A stretch of DNA of 64,000 nucleotides from a virus: positions 1-64,000 of the IMG/VR virus record IMGVR_UViG_3300046464_000709; one strand, written 5' to 3'. The translations under genes were made by a program, and so were the position numbers. Below are positions 58,914 through 64,000 of this stretch, in pieces. The notes under the pieces were generated by a model. That model was not told the origin of the DNA. It was given only the letters and a program-made list of their open reading frames with translations, and did not search any database. How positions within the stretch are numbered: position 1 is the stretch's first letter; each line of letters opens with the position of its first letter.

Positions 58914-59129
58914 ATGAAATTATCAAAACCACAATTCGCATCCAACCCTAACGCCGACATGATCCTTCATGCTCTTACACTTGAAGAGTTGAACGAAGAG
59001 TTTACTCTCGCTCGGTTGTCATTAATGGATCTTGAGGAAGGGTCTGAAGAATACGAAGAACGCGAAGCGTACCTCGAAACCCTTAACGATTTCAGAATCG
59101 AAGCAATCGGCATTTCTGAATTCGCTTAA
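58914..59129 (+). CDS. Small acidic early protein
   Basis: 71 aa; TTGCGT-N16-TAGATT upstream. Confidence 0.7.
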   Translation: MKLSKPQFASNPNADMILHALTLEELNEEFTLARLSLMDLEEGSEEYEEREAYLETLNDFRIEAIGISEFA

Positions 59130-59132
59130 AGC

Positions 59133-59161
59133 TTGACACATTCACACAAACCCTTTATTCT
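59133..59161 (+). promoter_or_regulatory. sigma70 promoter (leaderless)
   Basis: TTGACA-N17-TATTCT, ATG 7 nt later. Confidence 0.75.
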
Positions 59162-59168
59162 CTATACT

Positions 59169-59390
59169 ATGACAGAAACAATTAAAACAATAAAAAAATA
59201 TCCAACTCTCGAATGCTCGCTTGCAATGGCTAAAGCCGAAGGCAATTTAAAGTTTCTTGCATCTGCTAACATGGCGACCTTTACGCAAGGCGAGGCAGTG
59301 CTTGACGCATTGCACGCATTACAACAAGCTCGCAAAGAGTTTGCCAAGGTAACCAAGGAAGTCGCTGAATTAAGAGACGGCTTAATTTAA
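59169..59390 (+). CDS. Small early protein, paralogue family A
   Basis: LAMAKAEGNLKFLA..TQG..LDAL..ARKEF. Confidence 0.75.
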   Translation: MTETIKTIKKYPTLECSLAMAKAEGNLKFLASANMATFTQGEAVLDALHALQQARKEFAKVTKEVAELRDGLI

Positions 59391-59461
59391 TGCTTGAAAT
59401 AATAATAATCTCATTCATGATAGGAATCATAACAGCACTAAAAGAATTATGCGAAAAGTAA
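59390..59461 (+). CDS. 23-aa hydrophobic micropeptide
   Basis: MLEIIIISFMIGIITALKELCEK; TAATG overlap with upstream stop. Confidence 0.45.
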   Translation: MLEIIIISFMIGIITALKELCEK

Positions 59462-59757
59462 CACAACAAATTAAACAAGCATTTGAACGCGGCGAAGCCA
59501 AGACAGTTGGCAATACCACCACAGACGGCAACACCGTTTGGTTACATGGCAACGCGATTGTCAAGCGTGACCCTGACGGCTTGGTTAGATGGTCGCTTGC
59601 AGGATGGAACACACCCACCACACGCGAACGCGTCAATGGCATAGCCAATGCAGATGTCTGTCAATTCAAATTCGAGCCTGTACTAAACGGGCAAGTGATT
59701 GACTCATCCGATTGGTTCGCATCGCCACCCAAGTTGCCCGACCTTCTAGTGTTCTAA
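59449..59757 (+). CDS. Conserved phage hypothetical early protein
   Basis: GNT..LHGNAI..GWNTPTTRERVN motif. Confidence 0.75.
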   Translation: MRKVTQQIKQAFERGEAKTVGNTTTDGNTVWLHGNAIVKRDPDGLVRWSLAGWNTPTTRERVNGIANADVCQFKFEPVLNGQVIDSSDWFASPPKLPDLLVF

Positions 59758-59840
59758 GTAGCACAAGATCAACGACTTAGGGCAAATCGCCCTAGCCGTT
59801 TTCTCGTAACTCGTTGAATACCAACGGCTTACAACAAAAT
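59755..59840. repeat. Palindrome-array element, copy 1
   Basis: 25-bp units at 59755 and 59807 with TAGGGCAAATCGCCCTA hairpin between. Confidence 0.85.
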
Positions 59841-59871
59841 AAAAAAAAGTTAAAATAAATCAAAATAATGC

Positions 59872-59900
59872 TTGACTTTTGCCGTTTTGTCTGATACATT
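59872..59900 (+). promoter_or_regulatory. sigma70 promoter (leaderless)
   Basis: TTGACT-N17-TACATT, ATG 6 nt later. Confidence 0.7.
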
Positions 59901-59906
59901 GTATAT

Positions 59907-60137
59907 ATGATTAAGAATAATAAAGTTGAAGAAATAAGAAAAGAATTGGATTTGGATCTCGACCTTGGCTTGGCATTGGCTGAAGCAGAAGGCAACTTGA
60001 ACCACTTGGCACGAGAATCAAATTCTGCTAATTGGAAAGGTTCGATCACTCAAGGCATGACTATCCTTGACGCATTGAACGCAGTACAAAAAGCAAGAAA
60101 AGCTTTTCAACAAATAAAGCAAAATAAAACAAAATAA
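59907..60137 (+). CDS. Small early protein, paralogue family A
   Basis: LALAEAEGNLNHLA..TQG..LDAL..ARKAF. Confidence 0.75.
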   Translation: MIKNNKVEEIRKELDLDLDLGLALAEAEGNLNHLARESNSANWKGSITQGMTILDALNAVQKARKAFQQIKQNKTK

Positions 60138-60206
60138 AGTTTGCAATTACGCCCCAACTGTGTTACCTTTAGGTATAAGATAAATTAAATAATAACAATA
60201 AAAATT

Positions 60207-60392
60207 ATGAACTCAACATTAATAAAATTCCGAATCAGCGAGACTGAAAGAAATCTCCGAAACGCTACCGACTCGCAAGAGATCGCTCAACTTGAGAAGG
60301 ATCTCAAGGGGTGGAAGACTCATTTGCACAACACCGAAATGATTGAATTCGAAGAGCGTGTCGGCTTCAAGTCAATGGAGCGTAACGCTTAA
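60207..60392 (+). CDS. Small early protein
   Basis: 61 aa; TTGCAA-N17-TACCTT upstream. Confidence 0.7.
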   Translation: MNSTLIKFRISETERNLRNATDSQEIAQLEKDLKGWKTHLHNTEMIEFEERVGFKSMERNA

Positions 60393-60443
60393 ATAAATAA
60401 AAATAAAGCTCGACTTTTACAAATAAATACATTAGATTAAGAT

Positions 60444-60638
60444 ATGATTAAAAATAAAATACAAGTAAGAATCAAAGAGTGGTCAACTCATTGGTCAGTA
60501 AAAATCTTCGATCAAGGTATCGACTCAGATGGCAATGATCGCCCACGAGTAAGGACTGCATCAAGTCAATCGCATCTTGATAAGATCATGCGAGACGAAG
60601 GCCTTAATCAGTTTCGTTTTAATGTTGTTTTTCAATAA
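60444..60638 (+). CDS. Small early protein
   Basis: 64 aa; TCGACT-N17-TAGATT ends 5 nt before ATG. Confidence 0.7.
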   Translation: MIKNKIQVRIKEWSTHWSVKIFDQGIDSDGNDRPRVRTASSQSHLDKIMRDEGLNQFRFNVVFQ

Positions 60639-60679
60639 TAAAGCTTGACTTGCCAAAATAAACTCATTAGTATAGTAAA

Positions 60680-60961
60680 ATGTTAAAGAATAAAAAATTC
60701 ATCGCAAATGTTCATGTTTCTTCTATAGAGGGAAGACAAAAGCTTCCTTTGTGGAATACGAACACAAATTCGTTCATTGATACGCACATGACAAATAACA
60801 TCTTTGAAATCGAAGCTGAAGACAAGCACGAAGTAAGAAGAAAAGTTAAGGCTCTCGTGAATAAGCTTCAAACCAAAGTTCAATTCAAGCGTGGTCTTGT
60901 GGGCAAAGAAGGCGATAATGCTATGTGGTACATCAACAGAATAACAGAAAAAAACTCTTGA
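60680..60961 (+). CDS. Small early protein
   Basis: 93 aa; TTGACT-N17-TAGTAT ends 6 nt before ATG. Confidence 0.7.
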   Translation: MLKNKKFIANVHVSSIEGRQKLPLWNTNTNSFIDTHMTNNIFEIEAEDKHEVRRKVKALVNKLQTKVQFKRGLVGKEGDNAMWYINRITEKNS

Positions 60962-60992
60962 CTCTATCGCAAAAATTTGCTTTAATAATAAA

Positions 60993-61148
60993 ATGATAAA
61001 CGTATTCAGAAATCCGAATTTCTCAAATTGGTTTAATGTCGCCTTTAATGGCAAGCTAATTGACGGAGCAAGAACTCATGCACAAGCTATTGAAATAGCT
61101 AATCGTTTAAGCGTAAAGTACAAGTCACCTATTCTCTCGAGTAAGTAA
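60993..61148 (+). CDS. Small early protein (51 aa, below ORF-track cutoff)
   Basis: MINVFRNPNFSNWFNVAFNGKLIDGARTHAQAIEIA..; TTGACT-N17-TTTAAT ends 6 nt before ATG. Confidence 0.7.
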   Translation: MINVFRNPNFSNWFNVAFNGKLIDGARTHAQAIEIANRLSVKYKSPILSSK

Positions 61149-61167
61149 ACAAAACTGCAGTTTTCCC

Positions 61168-61343
61168 CAAGTCGCTAAGTATCAACGACTTAGGGCAAAC
61201 CGCCCTCCGGAGTTTTCCGTAACTCGTTGAGCGGCAACGACTTACAACAAAATCGATACAGATTCCGTGCCAATCTTCCAAGAAAATCGCAGCCAAATCG
61301 TGCAATAAAATAGTCGAAAGGTAAGTGAAAAAACCTCTTGACT
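61168..61343. repeat. Palindrome-array element, copy 2
   Basis: Units at 61168 and 61220; 61183-61273 matches 62386-62476 with one mismatch. Confidence 0.9.
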
Positions 61344-61403
61344 TTGCTCCATTTTCTGATACATTGTATATATAACATTAAATTAATATAACAAAAATAA
61401 ATT

Positions 61404-61529
61404 ATGAATTACGACATCTTGCTTCTTTTAACTTTTATTCCTGCTTTCTTCTTTATGTACAAATCTATGACAGAAAAGAAAATTGATCTTTTTTCAGATG
61501 TGAGTAAAGAAAAGCTTGACACAAAATAA
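61404..61529 (+). CDS. 41-aa single-TM peptide
   Basis: MNYDILLLLTFIPAFFFMYKSMTEKK..; TTGACT-N16-TACATT upstream. Confidence 0.55.
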   Translation: MNYDILLLLTFIPAFFFMYKSMTEKKIDLFSDVSKEKLDTK

Positions 61530-61579
61530 AATTACTATAATATAAAATACTATAAAGTTAATTGCTAAAAATAAAAAAT

Positions 61580-62125
61580 ATGAAAATTAAAATATCTGAA
61601 GCTTGGAATAAACATCATGGAAAAAACTCTGTAAAGAGTAACCGAACAGATCTCGATCTCGGAGATATGCTGAAAATTTCAGAACAAATTCAAATCCAAT
61701 CAGAGCTTGAGGGAATCGAAAAATTGCAAAAGATGATCGAAGCAAAAAAGAAAGAGATTGCAAACATCAAAGAAAAATACAAAAAAATAAGAAACAAAAT
61801 TGCTCACGACCCAAAAGTGGAAATGTTGACAGAATCACAAGAAAGACACTGCTTTCTTAAATCAATTTCAAATCTTGGAGTAAGAAAAAAGAGTCTTGGA
61901 TGCTCGCTCGATCAATTCAGAATATTCTTAGATGTTCAACTCGAAGACGGCAAGTCTTGGTCTAATTGGACAAATAAAAATGTAGACAACGCTTGGAACA
62001 TTGATCACATACAAGAGCGACAAAGTGGAGGAGGAAATCATTGGTCAAACTTCGTACCTCGTGACAGAAAAGAAAATCTTAATAAAGGCAAACTCGAAAG
62101 TGCATTTAATCATTTCTTAAAATAA
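61580..62125 (+). CDS. HNH endonuclease
   Basis: LGCS..SWSNW..WNIDHI..NHWSNFVP..ENLNKG. Confidence 0.8.
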   Translation: MKIKISEAWNKHHGKNSVKSNRTDLDLGDMLKISEQIQIQSELEGIEKLQKMIEAKKKEIANIKEKYKKIRNKIAHDPKVEMLTESQERHCFLKSISNLGVRKKSLGCSLDQFRIFLDVQLEDGKSWSNWTNKNVDNAWNIDHIQERQSGGGNHWSNFVPRDRKENLNKGKLESAFNHFLK

Positions 62126-62173
62126 TTCACATTCACGCTTGACAGAAACAAAAAAATAGATTAGATTATACTT

Positions 62174-62368
62174 ATGAACGAAAAACAAAGACTACAAAAA
62201 ATAATTGACGAAAATCTCGAAGATGCAGAAAATGGCTCTTCATCGGCTAGGATGTGCGTAATCGCAGCTCAGGCAGATCTTGACAGAATCGCACAAGCAG
62301 AGGTTAGCGAGTTAGAGGCGTACATTGCTAGCACTCCACTGCCTGACCCGTTAATTTTGGTTGACTAG
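62174..62368 (+). CDS. Small early protein
   Basis: 64 aa; TTGACA-N17-TAGATT ends 6 nt before ATG. Confidence 0.75.
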   Translation: MNEKQRLQKIIDENLEDAENGSSSARMCVIAAQADLDRIAQAEVSELEAYIASTPLPDPLILVD

Positions 62369-62370
62369 CG

Positions 62371-62545
62371 TAAAGCGTTAGTAACCAACGACTTAGGGCA
62401 AACCGCCCTCCGGAGTTTTCCGTAACTCGTTGAGCGGCAACGACTTACAACAAAATCAATACAGATTCCGTGCCAACTTCGCAAGAAAACCGCAGTCGAA
62501 TTGTGCAAAAACATAGTTGAAAGGTAAGTGAGAAAAAGCTTGCAA
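62371..62545. repeat. Palindrome-array element, copy 3
   Basis: Units at 62371 and 62423; near-identical to copy 2. Confidence 0.9.
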
Positions 62546-62576
62546 TTCACTAAAAAATAGATTAGATTACTTGTAT

Positions 62577-62780
62577 ATGATTAAGACAAAAGAAACACTA
62601 ATAAAAGAAATAGACTTCGGAACTAAGCTTGCACAAATGGAGGGAGCAATAGACTTTCTTCATTATATGCAAACAGAGAAAAAGGATTCCGACAGAACCT
62701 TGAGCGAAGAAATGACCACCAAAGGACTTCTTGAAAAGGTTCAAGAGCTTAGAAAAATATTCAAAGAATTACAAAAATAA
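62577..62780 (+). CDS. Small early protein, distant member of family A
   Basis: LAQMEGAIDFL..LLEKVQELRKIF; TTGCAA-N17-TAGATT upstream. Confidence 0.7.
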   Translation: MIKTKETLIKEIDFGTKLAQMEGAIDFLHYMQTEKKDSDRTLSEEMTTKGLLEKVQELRKIFKELQK

Positions 62781-62829
62781 TTCACTTTGTGCTTGCAATT
62801 TACGAAAAAATAGATTAAATTAAATACAT

Positions 62830-63018
62830 ATGATTAAGAAAATTAAATTCAAAAAAGGCGATGTTCTCATCTCACGAGATAATAAAGTCTTTCAATTTAT
62901 TCAAGCTACCAAGCACGACACGCTTGGAATTATCGCAATGGTTCGCCCATACAGAACCAATCGCAAGGTTGGCATCCGATTTGAGGATGTAAAAATTCAC
63001 CCACTTTTTGCAAAATAA
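62830..63018 (+). CDS. Small early protein
   Basis: 62 aa, FKKGDV start; TTGCAA-N17-TAAATT upstream. Confidence 0.7.
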   Translation: MIKKIKFKKGDVLISRDNKVFQFIQATKHDTLGIIAMVRPYRTNRKVGIRFEDVKIHPLFAK

Positions 63019-63057
63019 GTTTGACAAACTCACATAATTAATCCATAATACTGAAAT

Positions 63058-63345
63058 ATGAATAACATTGATCTCATTCGCCAAGCAATCGAAAACGCAA
63101 AAGATGCTCCTATCTCAAAGGATGTTTCTAACTTTATACAAGACATGAAAGCCGAAATTATGGCTGAAGAGTTAGTTGTAGAGCATGGACTTCTTCAAGT
63201 CTCAAAAGAAGAAGTCCAAGACCAAGTCTCAGAATTCGCTTCTTCAGAAGATAAAGCTGACGAGGATGACGACTTTGACAATGACGAAAATCTCCACGAT
63301 ATGGATTCAGTCAGTCCATCCATGCGAGCAATCTTTGAAGATTGA
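63058..63345 (+). CDS. Small acidic early protein
   Basis: 95 aa, D/E-rich tail; TTGACA-N17-CATAAT upstream. Confidence 0.75.
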   Translation: MNNIDLIRQAIENAKDAPISKDVSNFIQDMKAEIMAEELVVEHGLLQVSKEEVQDQVSEFASSEDKADEDDDFDNDENLHDMDSVSPSMRAIFED

Positions 63346-63382
63346 TCTCGACAAGTCGCCCTTAATATGGTATAATACAAGC

Positions 63383-63556
63383 ATGAATAAAGCAATAATA
63401 GAAAAAATCGAAACACTAATCAGCACACTTCAGGCTCTAACAATTCAAAGAGTTAAAGCCTTGAGTCTCGGCAAGCAAGAAAAAGCAAGCCAAATTCAAG
63501 CCGTGCAAATAGACATTGATAATAAAATCCAAGAATTGGAAAGGTCAATGTCCTAG
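63383..63556 (+). CDS. Small coiled-coil early protein
   Basis: MNKAIIEKIETL..; TCGACA-N17-TATAAT ends 6 nt before ATG 63383. Confidence 0.75.
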   Translation: MNKAIIEKIETLISTLQALTIQRVKALSLGKQEKASQIQAVQIDIDNKIQELERSMS

Positions 63557-63561
63557 TGGAT

Positions 63562-63630
63562 ATGTTAACAATTATGATAATCGCATCGTTAATTGGAATC
63601 TTTAGAGGCTTAACAGATTGTGCTTTTTAA
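63562..63630 (+). CDS. 22-aa hydrophobic micropeptide
   Basis: MLTIMIIASLIGIFRGLTDCAF; in-frame GTG at 63556 overlaps upstream TAG. Confidence 0.45.
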   Translation: MLTIMIIASLIGIFRGLTDCAF

Positions 63631-63674
63631 TTGCACGATGTCCTTGTAGGAAAATAAAAAAGTTCAGTTTTCTC

Positions 63675-63802
63675 TAAGTTGTTGAACATCAATGGCTTAG
63701 GGAAAACCGCCCAAGGCGTTTTCTTGTAACTCGTTGAACATTAACCACTTAGGGAAAACCGCCCTAGGCTTTTTTCGCAAGTCGTTGATTGTCAACAAGT
63801 TC
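63675..63802. repeat. Palindrome-array element, copy 4 (three units)
   Basis: Units at 63675, 63727 and 63778, each pair joined by GGGAAAACCGCCC. Confidence 0.88.
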
Positions 63803-64000
63803 GGATTTCTTAGTTTAAATCATTATTTATGTATTTGTATTTACCAATTAAATATTTGATATTTCAATATTTGGTATTTGCTGCCTACAGAATTGTATTT
63901 GATGTTTACATTCTTGCCGTTCGTTTGACCAATGCAATTGTATAAGGTGAATGTTCAGTCGCTCGATCAAGATTTGATTCAAGGTTGCGAATGGCATTTA

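Noticed and set aside
60006-60022. TTGGCACG sigma54-like box inside the 59907 gene
   Set aside because: No GC at the -12 position and it lies within coding sequence
423-63416. Many short antisense or nested ORFs in the track (e.g. 423-617, 8493-9023, 27330-27776, 60683-61054, 61190-61378, 62365-62550)
   Set aside because: They shadow well-supported genes or are translations of the non-coding repeats, with no start signals or motifs
59755-63802. CRISPR array
   Set aside because: Only 2-3 degenerate units per cluster, the linkers are conserved rather than unique spacers, and no cas operon is present
59755-63802. Integron attC cassette array (AAC...GTTRRRY geometry in the repeats)
   Set aside because: Left ends do not fit RYYYAAC, no L boxes, several genes lie between elements, genes have their own promoters, and no integrase is in the window
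1-64000. tRNA/rRNA genes and stop-codon recoding
   Set aside because: No cloverleaf or rRNA sequence noticed in the intergenic gaps by eye; standard-code ORFs tile densely and use TAA, TAG and TGA as stops

Overview
This window is a 64-kb piece of a large, AT-rich tailed dsDNA phage genome read in the standard code. The host is most likely a PVC-superphylum bacterium (Verrucomicrobia or Planctomycetes), judged from DUF1549/DUF1553 and DUF1501 genes and a Chlamydia-type ribonucleotide reductase. It has four blocks. (1) 1-8.2 kb, minus strand: tail/fibre genes and portal. (2) 8.3-36.4 kb, plus strand: replication and auxiliary genes (RecA, DnaB, primase, PD-(D/E)XK nucleases, NUDIX, Gmd, Hsp20, porin, NrdAB, secreted Cys protease, DUF1549/1553 cytochrome plus DUF1501, a DnaE split into PHP, exonuclease and polymerase genes, ClpC). 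(3) 36.4-58.6 kb, mostly minus strand: head and packaging genes, an ECF-like sigma factor, a putative lysis cassette, fibres and PhoH. (4) 58.9-64 kb, plus strand: many tiny genes, most with their own sigma70 promoter, interspersed with four clusters of 25-bp IHF-site-like palindromes repeated at a 52-bp period. Main highlights: the phased palindrome arrays, a GTGTA motif 9-12 nt upstream of start codons with a candidate phage sigma factor, widespread leaderless gene starts, a tyrosyl-radical-free class Ic NrdB, a phage-borne periplasmic DUF1549/1553-DUF1501 module, and an orphan Xre/MbcA antitoxin domain. All calls come from reading motifs by eye; no database searches were run.
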